Source: an uncultured Gammaproteobacteria bacterium | Lineage (GTDB): Bacteria > Patescibacteriota > Microgenomatia > JAMCZE01 | Assembly (NCBI GenBank): GCA_964641255.1 | Contig: CAZXMM010000001.1 | Location: 332,302-396,301 of the forward strand | DNA: 64,000 nt | Direction: 5' to 3' | Part shown: in pieces, positions 18,682-28,919 of the stretch | Position numbering within the stretch: position 1 is the stretch's first letter | Layout of the letters: each line of letters begins with the position of its first letter | The notes under the pieces: generated by a model | The model's input: only the letters and a program-made list of their open reading frames with translations | Told to the model about the DNA's origin: nothing | Database searches by the model: none | Program-made: the position numbers and the translations under genes

Positions 18682-18936
18682 ATGTCTAACACTCTCTCTA
18701 TTTCTGATGCTCGAGCAATACTGCCAGATCTTGTTTCTAAGGTTAGTGATGGTCTGTCTCGTTTTACCATCACTGTCAGTGGCCAACCCAAAGCCATGCT
18801 CATTAGTGCTGAGGAATTGGAATCTCTGGAAGAAACGGCAGAGATTTTGGCTATTCCGGGGATGAAAAAGAGCATTCTTCGGGGACTGAAGGAAGCAAAA
18901 AAGGGTAAAGGCGTGCCACTATCAGATTTGAGTTAA
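18682..18936 (+). CDS. type II toxin-antitoxin system Phd/YefM family antitoxin
   Basis: Phd/YefM-like N-terminus (SISDARAILPDLVSKV) and acidic C-terminal tail; immediately upstream of RelE-like gene; upstream in-frame start codons lie inside the promoter so the M at 18682 is used. Confidence 0.7.
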   Translation: MSNTLSISDARAILPDLVSKVSDGLSRFTITVSGQPKAMLISAEELESLEETAEILAIPGMKKSILRGLKEAKKGKGVPLSDLS

Positions 18937-18943
18937 TTTACTC

Positions 18944-19192
18944 ATGGAAGTACTACTTTTCCCCACGGCAAAAAAACAGTACGACAAACTTTCAAAATTT
19001 GACCGGGAAAAGATTAAGAAAAAACTCCAGTTCATTGCGCAATTTCCATTGGACGGGAAAAAACTTTCTGGAGAATTTGCAGAAACCAGGTCGGTCAGAG
19101 CTTGGCCGTACAGGATAATTTACCAGATTGATTCAAAAGGAAAAAGGATCCTAGTCGTCACAATTGGCCACAGACAAGGAGTGTATAAATGA
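18944..19192 (+). CDS. type II toxin-antitoxin system RelE/ParE family toxin
   Basis: 82 aa, RelE/ParE-like pattern (K..KK....P..G..L.G......R...YRIIY.ID....I.V..IGHR); 7 nt after antitoxin. Confidence 0.7.
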   Translation: MEVLLFPTAKKQYDKLSKFDREKIKKKLQFIAQFPLDGKKLSGEFAETRSVRAWPYRIIYQIDSKGKRILVVTIGHRQGVYK

Positions 19193-20037
19193 CATGGTTT
19201 CTGTTTGCCATTTTTTCCTTAATTTGCTTTACTGCTTACGATCTCCTCAGTCGCAAGCTCAGTGTTGATAGTGCTAACCCACGAGCTCTAGCGGTCCTGT
19301 TTAATTTTTTGGTCGCTATCATGAGTCCTATGCTTCTGCTTCTAGAACCATTGCATGCCATTTCTTTGCCTCCGATGGTCATTCTTTTTTCCCTGGGTAG
19401 TTTTGTTGCCTGGACACTATTCAGTCGCGCAGAATTTTATGCTCATAAATATGTTGAGGCTTCAACACTGAGCATAATTCTCAAGTTAGCTCCAGCGCTG
19501 ACACTAATTTACGGAGTGATTTTCTTCGGTGAATCTTTTGGCGCAGCTAAGCTTTTTGGTATTACCCTCATTATCTTATCCAATATCTATCTTATCTGGG
19601 TAACGGAGGGGAGAGGGTTTAAGATTAATAAGGGACTCATATTTGCTCTCGTTGTAGCTGTCTGTCTAAGTGTGGGCTGGACCTTTGATAAGATCGTATC
19701 ACCCTATTTTGGTTTAGTTGCCTTTACTTTTATCAGTTTTAGCATTCCCACGGTTGTAAACTGTTCCATCCCACCACTATCAATAAAAGTACTACTTGCC
19801 GAGCTCAGTCGAACTTCTTGGAGACTGATTGTTCTCGCTTTTGTTTTAACCCTGGCGTACGCATTTCTTATTAAAAGTCTTATGCTTGGAGAGACATCTC
19901 GGGTAACACCAATGGCAACCTCAACGACACCTTTAGTGGTTCTTCTATCCATGGTTTTTCTGCAAGAACGAGATCACCTGTGGACGAAGCTGACCGTTGC
20001 TGCGGTAACAGTGGTGGGAATTTTTCTTCTCAGTTAA
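19189..20037 (+). CDS. EamA/DMT family transporter
   Basis: 10 predicted TM helices in two EamA-like halves. Confidence 0.7.
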   Translation: MTWFLFAIFSLICFTAYDLLSRKLSVDSANPRALAVLFNFLVAIMSPMLLLLEPLHAISLPPMVILFSLGSFVAWTLFSRAEFYAHKYVEASTLSIILKLAPALTLIYGVIFFGESFGAAKLFGITLIILSNIYLIWVTEGRGFKINKGLIFALVVAVCLSVGWTFDKIVSPYFGLVAFTFISFSIPTVVNCSIPPLSIKVLLAELSRTSWRLIVLAFVLTLAYAFLIKSLMLGETSRVTPMATSTTPLVVLLSMVFLQERDHLWTKLTVAAVTVVGIFLLS

Positions 20038-20038
20038 A

Positions 20039-20377
20039 CTACCTTTTTTCCGACCGTTTAATTTCTGCTAGTATTTCCCGTTTCACTTTTTCTGACTCAT
20101 CTGTGATCTTTTGCTCAATATCTTCTTTGTGTTTCTTTAAATAGTGAAGGTGCTTTTCGTGGCCCGGCTCGGCATAGAAGGCTTCTAAAAATTCTAAGTG
20201 TTTATCACTTGGCAAATGCTTAAGGATAATCTCCAGTGTCCGGTGGTGATATATTTGGTCTGCCAGCCCAATTATTTCCTCTTTTTCTATTTCATCCAGT
20301 TCGTAGGATTCAATAACCCGCACGACTTCATGAAAGGAGATTAGGTGATCGTAAAAAACTTTCCCTTTAGTTTTCAT
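20039..20377 (-). CDS. hypothetical protein
   Basis: ORF only. Confidence 0.3.
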   Translation of the reverse strand: MKTKGKVFYDHLISFHEVVRVIESYELDEIEKEEIIGLADQIYHHRTLEIILKHLPSDKHLEFLEAFYAEPGHEKHLHYLKKHKEDIEQKITDESEKVKREILAEIKRSEKR

Positions 20378-21308
20378 TGCTATCTGCTAAATACTCACTT
20401 TTCTTAGCCACATTATATTCTACTGGTCCGAGAGATACCTTTTTCTCTGGGTCGTCCAAGAAAAAGAGAATTACCGGGTGATTTTGTTTGCCATAGTTAA
20501 TTCCTAGGTACTGCATTACTTCTGGAGATCCCCCAAAATGTTTGCCCGTGAACCTAGCTGGTCCTGCATCGGCAATGGCCGCCACGACTAGTTTTCCGTT
20601 AGCGGGATTAACAACGACTACCCGGCGATATTTATACCACTGGGCCAACTCTTTAGTATTTGTATTCCAGTCGGGAAGATAGAGAGTTTGCACTGCGACG
20701 TACCATTTTTCCGTGTCAATTAATTCCTGTGTCAGGTTGTCTTTAGAATCTGCGAAATAGCCCCAGGCCCCTCGCCCTGGAGTGATCCCTTTCTCCACTA
20801 GTGCACTGTGCTGCTCAGCACTATCTCCCGGAAAGCGGGGAAGATGTTGTTCGGCCCCCATTCGACCTACGGAGTGGTTTAATTTCTGGCCATCAAGGGT
20901 GGCGCGAACCTGGAGACCATAGGCGTCAAAGATAGCGGCACTAATTCTCTGCTCCTGCTCGGTAGTTATTTGCCAGTCATCCTGCGTCTGTAAATTATCC
21001 GCTAGGGCACTAATTAACTTTTGGTCGGGATTAAGGTTAAAGGCCTCGGAGGAAATATAAGTTTTAGGGTGAGTGGCTTCTACTTTAAGGGGTAGTTGAC
21101 TGGAGAACAATAGGCTGCCGGCGAGCACTCCCGAAGTAAAAATTCGGCCGGCGTGGTCTCTGATTTTACCTGGTCTTAAGCCAAACCTAGTAAAAAAGTC
21201 GGCTGCGGCCGGATTATTTTTAATTAGGGTGGCTTCAGAGACCAGACTTCTAATTTTGAGTCGGGAATGAAGGGCCTCGGGGTTTAGTTTTGGTTTAGTC
21301 TTTGCCAT
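20367..21308 (-). CDS. hypothetical secreted protein with possible RlpA-like double-psi beta-barrel C-terminal domain
   Basis: C-terminal YRRVVVVNPANGKLVVAAIADAGP...GKHFGGSPEVMQYLG loosely resembles DPBB (RlpA/3D) domains; start set to internal Met to avoid overlap with divergent gene. Confidence 0.3.
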   Translation of the reverse strand: MAKTKPKLNPEALHSRLKIRSLVSEATLIKNNPAAADFFTRFGLRPGKIRDHAGRIFTSGVLAGSLLFSSQLPLKVEATHPKTYISSEAFNLNPDQKLISALADNLQTQDDWQITTEQEQRISAAIFDAYGLQVRATLDGQKLNHSVGRMGAEQHLPRFPGDSAEQHSALVEKGITPGRGAWGYFADSKDNLTQELIDTEKWYVAVQTLYLPDWNTNTKELAQWYKYRRVVVVNPANGKLVVAAIADAGPARFTGKHFGGSPEVMQYLGINYGKQNHPVILFFLDDPEKKVSLGPVEYNVAKKSEYLADSNEN

Positions 21309-21376
21309 TGTCACCATTGTGCAGAAATATTGTTGGTTTGACAAGTTCTGGGAAAACTGGTTTAACTAGATTAGTA

Positions 21377-23656
21377 ATGAGCCGCTCTTATCACCAATCG
21401 GGAAATCTACTTATTGTTCTAAGTCTTGGGATTCTTCTGGCCGTAGTTGCTATTACCACCTTTCTGGTTTTAAAACAAACTGGTTTTGTCAATCGAGCTG
21501 CCGATAATAGTAAACTTGACAACCAGTCTTTATCAGCGGGACTGCTAGCGATCAGTGCTACAGACCAAACAAAAGAGTTGCTTAAGTCTAGTAGTAGCGT
21601 CTTGGCCTCAACTCGAAAAAAGACATTGCTAGCTCTGATTGAAAAGAATCCGCGCGCCTTCTTACAAGTGGCTATACCCAAGACGGTAAAAGAAAAATTG
21701 CCTGAGGGGCAAAAGCCAAACATAGAGGATGAAGTAGCACTAGACGGAGTAATTAGTGTTGTTTATGGGGACGACTTTAAAAATAAAACCACCACCACTA
21801 ACTATTTTCTCAGGACTGATAAAAAGCATTACCGGCTCTTCTTCCCTAGTGATGAGTTAGAAAATATAACGACTGGGACAAAAGTTAAAGTGACCGGTTA
21901 CCGCCTTGACGACTATGTAGTGGCCAAATCGTCCAGTCAGATTAATAGCCAGGCTACTAGTGATAATACTGCCTCTCAGTTTAGTGGGACCGATAAAGTG
22001 GAGAAGCGTCTGGCTGTTATCATGATCAACTTTATCAGCGACCCGGTAACCCCCTGGACTAGTGATCAAGTAACGAACTGGATGTTTCACGATGTCTACT
22101 CCCTGGCTGCTTATTACAAAGAAACATCGTTTGGTAGATGGGAGATTACTGGTAAGGTCTTTGGTTGGTACACGCTGAATACCTCCAAAGACCCTTGTAA
22201 TTATTACTCCTGGGGGGAAACGGCCAAATCCTTAGCGGCTGCCGATGGGTTCGTTGATAGTGAGTATACCAATGTGCTGTTTGCTTTTGGGCCCTATCTA
22301 AACTGTGGTGCTGGGGGGTGGGCAGAAATTAATGGTAGGCATAGCTGGATTTTTGGCGACCAGAACTTGCACTATCCCTACTATCCTGATAGCGATTTCT
22401 ATCGCCAAAACGCTATTCCCATCCACGAGCTGGGTCACAATTTTGGGGCAGATCACGCAAATTCCCTAAACTGTGTTGATGACAACGGCAGGCAAATCTC
22501 TTTTGGACCCGTCTGTCAGGGTGGGGAGTACGGTGACCCGTTCGAGGTTATGGGCACTGATGCCAGGCAAATGAATAATTTCCATAAGGGACGACTGGGA
22601 ATGCTTAATCGCCGCGACACTGTGACAATCACCAAAAGCGGTGTGTACGATATTACCCCAATAGAAAAGGATACCGATAAGAAGGAGGCCCTTAGGATAC
22701 CGGTGATTTTTAAGCTGGGGGAGGGGCCGGACTATTCCTATTACTTAGAGTATCGCCAACCCACTGGCGTATTTGACAGTTTTCTCCCAGATGCCCCAGC
22801 TGTAAACGGTGTTATTCTTCGGTTAGCTACCAGCTACAATTATCCTAGAGCCTATCCTTCATATCTGATAGATACTCATCCAGTCGCGCCCTTCACTTTC
22901 CAAGACGCTCCGCTAAAGCTCAATGAAACTTTCTTAGATAGACAAAATGGAGTTAAAATAAAAGTCTTAGCCCTAAATAAGCGTCGTGCTCAGGTAGAAG
23001 TTACCCTGTCTGAGCCCAAATGCGTAAGAAGAAAACCTAGCCTACAGCTCTATCCGGTCGGACAATGGGGTCGTGCGGGAAGCCAGTTGACCTATCATTT
23101 ATCTATTAAGAATAACAATTCTACGGCTTGTGGAGAGACCAAGTTTACTTTAACTCCAACGCTTTTTTCTGGGTGGACACAATCGTTGGATCGGCCGAAT
23201 CCCGTACCCATTGCCTCTGGGGCTTATGGACATATAAACATTTCTGTTCGATCTTCCGAAACCTCCCCGGTAGGAACCTATACCTTTACTGAATCGGTGA
23301 CCCAAGCCGGCGACTCTAAAAGTAATAGTAGTATCAACGCGAATTTCAATATTTACAACGTAGATACTGAAGTACCAGTGGTATCAATTATCCAACCGGC
23401 TAGTGATGGTGAGATACTTAGTGGAGAGAGCTACATTGCTGCCCAAGCGACAGATAATTTTGGGGTTAGCTCGGTCACCTTTTTCATTAACAACCAGCCT
23501 TTTTATACAACCCTTACTGGCTCCCCGACCTTTTATGCGCCGTTAGTTACTACCAATTACCCAAATAACCAGCCCTATCTAATTAGGGCAGAGGCCTACG
23601 ATCTGGATAACAACCGAGGAGTGTCTGCTGACCGCAGAGTAATTATTAGGAATTAG
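21377..23656 (+). CDS. membrane-anchored extracellular metzincin-type zinc metalloprotease with C-terminal beta-rich (Ig-like) domains
   Basis: TM anchor; HELGHNFGADH (HExxHxxGxxH) zinc-binding motif; long Ser/Thr-rich C-terminal domains; start set to Met just before the TM. Confidence 0.6.
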   Translation: MSRSYHQSGNLLIVLSLGILLAVVAITTFLVLKQTGFVNRAADNSKLDNQSLSAGLLAISATDQTKELLKSSSSVLASTRKKTLLALIEKNPRAFLQVAIPKTVKEKLPEGQKPNIEDEVALDGVISVVYGDDFKNKTTTTNYFLRTDKKHYRLFFPSDELENITTGTKVKVTGYRLDDYVVAKSSSQINSQATSDNTASQFSGTDKVEKRLAVIMINFISDPVTPWTSDQVTNWMFHDVYSLAAYYKETSFGRWEITGKVFGWYTLNTSKDPCNYYSWGETAKSLAAADGFVDSEYTNVLFAFGPYLNCGAGGWAEINGRHSWIFGDQNLHYPYYPDSDFYRQNAIPIHELGHNFGADHANSLNCVDDNGRQISFGPVCQGGEYGDPFEVMGTDARQMNNFHKGRLGMLNRRDTVTITKSGVYDITPIEKDTDKKEALRIPVIFKLGEGPDYSYYLEYRQPTGVFDSFLPDAPAVNGVILRLATSYNYPRAYPSYLIDTHPVAPFTFQDAPLKLNETFLDRQNGVKIKVLALNKRRAQVEVTLSEPKCVRRKPSLQLYPVGQWGRAGSQLTYHLSIKNNNSTACGETKFTLTPTLFSGWTQSLDRPNPVPIASGAYGHINISVRSSETSPVGTYTFTESVTQAGDSKSNSSINANFNIYNVDTEVPVVSIIQPASDGEILSGESYIAAQATDNFGVSSVTFFINNQPFYTTLTGSPTFYAPLVTTNYPNNQPYLIRAEAYDLDNNRGVSADRRVIIRN

Positions 23657-25086
23657 CTGACCAAGTTGCAAGCGGCCGCCAGCCTTTGTAGTGTGGTCTC
23701 TTTACCAATTACTTCCATTACCTCCCAGAGCGGGGGGGTAGCGGTTCTACCTGTCAGTCCTACCCGAAGGTTCATGAAATAGTCACCTACCTTAATATTT
23801 TTCTCTTCACAGAACTTTCTCGCTGCCTCCTCAAGAACTTTTCCATCCCAGTCTTTTTCCAGTACTGACAGAGCATGAGTAATGACACTTTTCGCGCTAT
23901 CCTTTTTAAACAGTCCTAGATCCAGTGTGGGTTCGGTAAAGAAAAAATCAGTAAGAGAGTCAAAGTCTTTCAGGGTGACTAGCCGGTCTTTGACAAGGGG
24001 AAGGACTTTGGCAATGTCAGATTCACTGTGGGTGGTAAATTCTGCCAGTCTTTTGGCAAGCGTAACATTATCCAGTGCCCGCAGATACTGCTGGTTAAAC
24101 CAGTCTAGTTTTTTGGGGTCAAACGTCGGGTTGGACCTTTGAGTACCGGCTTGGTCAAAAGCCTCCACAAATTCACTTAAAGTGAACAGTTCCCGATTAT
24201 CCTTAGGTGCCCAACCCAAAAGCATGAGAAAGTTTAAAATTGCCTCTTTTAAATAACCTTTATCCAGCCAGCTTTTAACCCCGAACATAGCGGACATGTC
24301 TCGTTTACTAAACTTTTTACCAGTTCGGGGATCAAGGATAACTGTAAAGTGGCCAATTTCTGGTACGAAGTAGCCAAGACCTTCGTAAATATAGAGGTGA
24401 ATTGGGGTAGTTGATATCCACTCCTGGCCCCTAAGGACGTGCGATATTTTCATATCCACGTCATCCACCACTACCGCCAAATGATAAGTGGGGAAGCCGT
24501 CCGATTTTAAAATAATGAGATCCGGAACCTCTTTTCCCAGCACGCGAATTTTTTTACGCAAGATCCAATCGTTAAACTCAAAGATTTTATCTTCAGGAAT
24601 TTTGATACGAACCACATGGGGTTCTCCGGCGTCTACCCTTCTTTGGGCTTCTGCGGGATCCATATCCCGGGCCTTGGGGCGATCTTTTAGTGTCTCTCTT
24701 TGGTCCTCGTCTTCGTAGGCGGCCTTGATCTCAGCTTTCTCGCGTTTTTCCGCATCAAAATCATAGTAGGCGTAGCCTTTGTTTACAAGAATTTTTGCTG
24801 CCGCTTGATATCTTTCCAGACGCTCCGATTGCCGGTAGGGACCGTAGGGCCCACCAATATCTGGCCCTTCGTCCCAACTAATACCAAAGTCGTGGAGAGT
24901 GGTAAAAATTGCCTGTTCGGTATCACTTCTGGACCGGTCTTTATCCGTGTCCTCAATTCTTAATATAAACTGTCCGTTATTTTTTTTAGCCAGAGCATAG
25001 CACCACAGAGCTCGAATGACAAAACCAAGATGAACACTTTCTGGCGAGCCAGTTGGTGAAGGAGCAAACCTGGTGCGTACTACCAT
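23653..25086 (-). CDS. gltX: glutamate--tRNA ligase
   Basis: Class I aaRS: PSPTG...HLG (HIGH-like) and KFSKR (KMSKS) motifs, 477 aa GluRS architecture. Confidence 0.85.
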   Translation of the reverse strand: MVVRTRFAPSPTGSPESVHLGFVIRALWCYALAKKNNGQFILRIEDTDKDRSRSDTEQAIFTTLHDFGISWDEGPDIGGPYGPYRQSERLERYQAAAKILVNKGYAYYDFDAEKREKAEIKAAYEDEDQRETLKDRPKARDMDPAEAQRRVDAGEPHVVRIKIPEDKIFEFNDWILRKKIRVLGKEVPDLIILKSDGFPTYHLAVVVDDVDMKISHVLRGQEWISTTPIHLYIYEGLGYFVPEIGHFTVILDPRTGKKFSKRDMSAMFGVKSWLDKGYLKEAILNFLMLLGWAPKDNRELFTLSEFVEAFDQAGTQRSNPTFDPKKLDWFNQQYLRALDNVTLAKRLAEFTTHSESDIAKVLPLVKDRLVTLKDFDSLTDFFFTEPTLDLGLFKKDSAKSVITHALSVLEKDWDGKVLEEAARKFCEEKNIKVGDYFMNLRVGLTGRTATPPLWEVMEVIGKETTLQRLAAACNLVS

Positions 25087-25149
25087 ACTCTGGATTGTAA
25101 CAAACTTCGTTGCCCCTTGCCGGCGGATCGTCTATTATAGTTATGTTCT

Positions 25150-26208
25150 ATGACTAGTCTTACCCAAATTGCTTACATTGCTCGTAAAAGTATCAATCTG
25201 GGGATACTGATAATTGTCCTTATCACCATTATTCGCATTGTGGTTGGCTTTGCTTATAGCCTGTGGCAAGAGCGCTTTCCCCCGCCTCCCCCGGCCGCCA
25301 CGGTGGCGTTTGGCAAGCTCCCTTATCCTAGGGGCGAAAACTCTCTAGCTACACCGTCAGCTCTTAGCTACACAGTGGAGACCATCGATGGTACATTGCC
25401 AGTGTTGCCACCAAATTTGGAGGTTTACTTTGTTCCTCAACCCACCGCCAGTTTTGGTACTTTCCAACGAATGACTAGTAAGGCGGGACTATTTGGGTTT
25501 TCGGGAGTTCCCGTAAAGCTTGGTCAAAATGTTTGGAAATTTACTGATCAGACCAATCCCCTGCGGACCATGAATATTGACGAAATAAGCGGTGATTTTC
25601 GGATCGTCTATAACTATGTGGCCGACCCTACTTTGTTTCAAACTAAGGCGTTTATCTCCGACGATCAGGCTATTGGACTGGCACGAAGGGCCTTTAATGA
25701 ACTGTTGGAGGGTTCGGGATACGAGAAATCTGCACCCACTCTGACTTACTACCGTTATGACGCGGGGATCCTGGTTGAGACCACTTCTTTGTCTCAAGCC
25801 GACGCAGTAGCAGTAAGCTTTGTCCATGATCCGATTGGGGAAACCCCCGTGGTGTCACCGGATTTCAAACAAGGACTAGTTTCAGTAATTGTCACTAGCT
25901 CCACTGATCCTAAGCGGCAAGTGTTGGAACTGCGCTATTTCCACGACGCTATTGATTTGGGGAATTTTGCCACTTATCCGGTTATTACCAGTCAGCAAGC
26001 TCTAGAAAAACTCGAATCCCAAGAAGCGATCTTTGCCAGCTTGCCCTCCCAAATCTCCGGACAGGTTACCATTCGGGAAGTGAGCCTGGTCTATATGCTT
26101 TCCTATCCCGCCCAAAGTTACCTACAGCCCATGCTGGCTTTTAGCGACCAACAGGGCTTTATTGCTTATGTCCCTCTGGTCACGCCGGAGTGGCTTGAGG
26201 CACCCTAA
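25150..26208 (+). CDS. hypothetical membrane-anchored extracytoplasmic protein
   Basis: N-terminal TM helix, poly-Pro linker; no recognisable catalytic motif. Confidence 0.4.
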   Translation: MTSLTQIAYIARKSINLGILIIVLITIIRIVVGFAYSLWQERFPPPPPAATVAFGKLPYPRGENSLATPSALSYTVETIDGTLPVLPPNLEVYFVPQPTASFGTFQRMTSKAGLFGFSGVPVKLGQNVWKFTDQTNPLRTMNIDEISGDFRIVYNYVADPTLFQTKAFISDDQAIGLARRAFNELLEGSGYEKSAPTLTYYRYDAGILVETTSLSQADAVAVSFVHDPIGETPVVSPDFKQGLVSVIVTSSTDPKRQVLELRYFHDAIDLGNFATYPVITSQQALEKLESQEAIFASLPSQISGQVTIREVSLVYMLSYPAQSYLQPMLAFSDQQGFIAYVPLVTPEWLEAP

Positions 26209-27241
26209 CCGTTTCGAGCGTTTGTTCCTCCTGGAAGCGTTCTATTGCAAGCTCAATCAGTTTATCGATAAGTTCAGAGTAAGATAGCCCACTCGCCTCC
26301 CAAAGTTTCGGATACATACTACTGTTAGTGAAGCCGGGAATTGTATTGATCTCGTTTACAAGAATTTCACCTCTCGGAGTAAGAAACATATCTACTCTCG
26401 CCATTCCTTCTGCACAGAGCGTAGTAAAGGCTTTAATTGCAACTCCTTGGACTTTCTTAGTTTGTTCTTGTGTCAATTTCGCGGGGATTACTAAAGAGGC
26501 AGCATTCTTGTCCTGGTACTTTGCTTCATAATCATAAAACTCATGATGGGCAATTATTTCTCCAGGAAGGGAAGCTATCGGGCTTTTATTACCCAGTACT
26601 GAACACTCAATCTCCCTCCCCTCAATCATTTGTTCGATGATAATCTTGCGGTCAAAACTGAAAGCTAGCTCAACTCCCTGGTTAAGTTCACTTTCTTTGT
26701 GAGCCTTAGTGATCCCGACCGATGAACCGAGATTTGCAGGTTTGATAAAACAAGGAAAACCTAGGTGTTCTCTAATCTCTTTGTTGTCGATGGACTCTTT
26801 TGAAGAAAACACAAGAAACTTACCGATTGGAATGCCGGCTTGTTGTAATAATCTTTTCATCACGTCCTTATCCATACCAATCGCTGAGCCCAGAACGCCA
26901 GCTCCAACAAAAGGGATACGAAGAAGTTTTAAAAGACCCTGGATCGTTCCATCTTCGCCGTTCGGGCCATGAAGTACAGGGAAAACAATATCAACCCGCT
27001 CGGGAGTCAGTAGTGAGGTGGGCGTCAGAGTTTTTAACTGATTTTCTGGTTCAAGATCAATTGGTCTGTCAGCGAGGAGCCACTTACCGTGTCGTGTTAT
27101 ACCAATGAAGCTGACCTCATATTTGTTAGGGTCCAAAGCCAAGGCAATATTTCTCGCGGAACTGATTGAAACTGTGTGCTCTGCCGACTGGCCGCCAAAG
27201 ATAATAACAAGCTTTAGCCTACGCTTAGCCGTTCTTTGCAT
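26180..27241 (-). CDS. ddl: D-alanine--D-alanine ligase
   Basis: KLVIIFGGQSAEHTVS..., HGPNGEDGT.QG, C-terminal ATP-grasp motifs (ARVDMFL...NEINTIPGFT). Confidence 0.9.
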   Translation of the reverse strand: MQRTAKRRLKLVIIFGGQSAEHTVSISSARNIALALDPNKYEVSFIGITRHGKWLLADRPIDLEPENQLKTLTPTSLLTPERVDIVFPVLHGPNGEDGTIQGLLKLLRIPFVGAGVLGSAIGMDKDVMKRLLQQAGIPIGKFLVFSSKESIDNKEIREHLGFPCFIKPANLGSSVGITKAHKESELNQGVELAFSFDRKIIIEQMIEGREIECSVLGNKSPIASLPGEIIAHHEFYDYEAKYQDKNAASLVIPAKLTQEQTKKVQGVAIKAFTTLCAEGMARVDMFLTPRGEILVNEINTIPGFTNSSMYPKLWEASGLSYSELIDKLIELAIERFQEEQTLETVRVPQATPA

Positions 27242-27382
27242 TTAGAGATTATAGATTGGCCGCTGAGGATTTCAACCCATCCTCCAAAAAGATGTTTTAT
27301 GTCGTGCTTGGGTGTGCCTTCGTACAAACATGTCTACTTATAGTGGATATTACTTGTGAACTAGCTTATAATACTATATTAT

Positions 27383-28147
27383 ATGATGGGGCCAGACCAC
27401 ACCCTTGAATCTGCGCTAACTATCTTGGGATTAACAGCAAAAGAAAGGCGTTTCTTTTTAAGTAACTTTAATCTCGGCCCAGCAACCATTGATGAAGTGG
27501 CAATTTCAGCACGTCTTCAGCGTTCTGGAGCGTATTTGATTGCCAAGAACCTCTTACAAAAGGGGTTTCTTCGTGAAGATCTCCACTCTTACCGCAAGAA
27601 TGTCTATACTGTGCCTCCAGAAGATATTCTTCGTCGCCTAGCCGGAAAGCAACGTTTTTTAAGGCGGGAAGAGGTAAGTTTTACAGAGGCGCTTCCTCAA
27701 TTACATAATATGTATGCTAATAATGATATTCGGCCGAAGGTTCAAGTATTTGAGGGTAGTTTCGGACTTCGTTCTGTGTGGCAAGATGTCCTTACCCTCA
27801 AACAAGAGGTCCTTTTGTGGTCTAACCAGGAAACTGAAAGCAGTTTTTTTACTCCCGAATTTCATGCAGCATTTATAAGCGAGCGTCAAAAAAAGGGAAT
27901 TACCATCAGGGTATTGGCAGTAAACAACGAAAAGGGACAGAGTTTGCAAAAAAATGACCAGACAAGTTTGCGACAGACCCTTCTTCTCCCTAATAACGTT
28001 GATTTCAGTGCCGAGACTTACATTTATGGCCATAAGATTGCCATTATTGATCATAAAAAGGACATAATCGGGGTAATTATTGAGAGTGAGCCTATTGCTG
28101 CGGCCCAGAGAGCTATCTTTGAACTAAATTGGAGTCAATTAGTTTAA
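27383..28147 (+). CDS. TrmB-like transcriptional regulator (wHTH + C-terminal domain)
   Basis: N-terminal wHTH resembling TrmB family; weak. Confidence 0.45.
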   Translation: MMGPDHTLESALTILGLTAKERRFFLSNFNLGPATIDEVAISARLQRSGAYLIAKNLLQKGFLREDLHSYRKNVYTVPPEDILRRLAGKQRFLRREEVSFTEALPQLHNMYANNDIRPKVQVFEGSFGLRSVWQDVLTLKQEVLLWSNQETESSFFTPEFHAAFISERQKKGITIRVLAVNNEKGQSLQKNDQTSLRQTLLLPNNVDFSAETYIYGHKIAIIDHKKDIIGVIIESEPIAAAQRAIFELNWSQLV

Positions 28148-28867
28148 TCTGGTTGGGGTAGTGCCACGTACAACCACTCGGGTCGATTGTGAAGGGTCAA
28201 TATTAAAAAGGGCACTCTTATTTTCACTGAGAACTGGATTGGTCCAGGCAAATAAAGTGCCAGCATCGCTGACGCTGAGATTGACACAACCATGTGAGCG
28301 GGGGAAGCCAAAGTCGTTATGCCAATAGGCTCCGTGAATTCCATAACCGCCGTGGAAGTATTGGACGTAAGGAACGTTGGGTAAATTGTAGTAGCTCCCG
28401 TCACTTATTGAACCACCGCTCATTCGTTGGGACAGTAGTTTTGCCCAGATTCTAAATTCTCCAGTAACTGTGGGGGTCCAAGGATTTCCCGAACTAATGG
28501 GGAAGTGATAAATTAGTTTATTGCCCTCATAGGCCGAGAGAGTTTGGGTAGTTAGGTCAACATAAATCCACTTTTCCTCAGTGTATTCACCCAAGACTGC
28601 TCCAGAAAACCCTTTGAGCAGTGCCCCCCAATCAGTAATTGGTGAAGCAACTTCTTGATTGTGCCACAGGCCCTTTTTAGCTTCGGTATCGACTTCTCCA
28701 CTGGAGTTTAAAATTTGGGCTAAATAGGTCTCGCTAAGGAGCTCGTCCTGTTGAACTTCGTGTCTTTGCTGCCACGAGGTAGCCAGGTTGGTTAGCCCGG
28801 GCTTAAATGCGGCTAGCACTAAGCCCACAACTGCTGTAAGAGTCAAAATGGTGACGAGTCGTAACAT
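28139..28867 (-). CDS. L,D-transpeptidase (YkuD domain)
   Basis: TM anchor; catalytic H...GC motif (IHGAYWHN...SHGCVNL). Confidence 0.8.
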   Translation of the reverse strand: MLRLVTILTLTAVVGLVLAAFKPGLTNLATSWQQRHEVQQDELLSETYLAQILNSSGEVDTEAKKGLWHNQEVASPITDWGALLKGFSGAVLGEYTEEKWIYVDLTTQTLSAYEGNKLIYHFPISSGNPWTPTVTGEFRIWAKLLSQRMSGGSISDGSYYNLPNVPYVQYFHGGYGIHGAYWHNDFGFPRSHGCVNLSVSDAGTLFAWTNPVLSENKSALFNIDPSQSTRVVVRGTTPTRLN

Positions 28868-28919
28868 ACTATGAAGATAAAAGATTTGGAAATAAAATAC
28901 TAGGTCTTGGTCAGACTAT

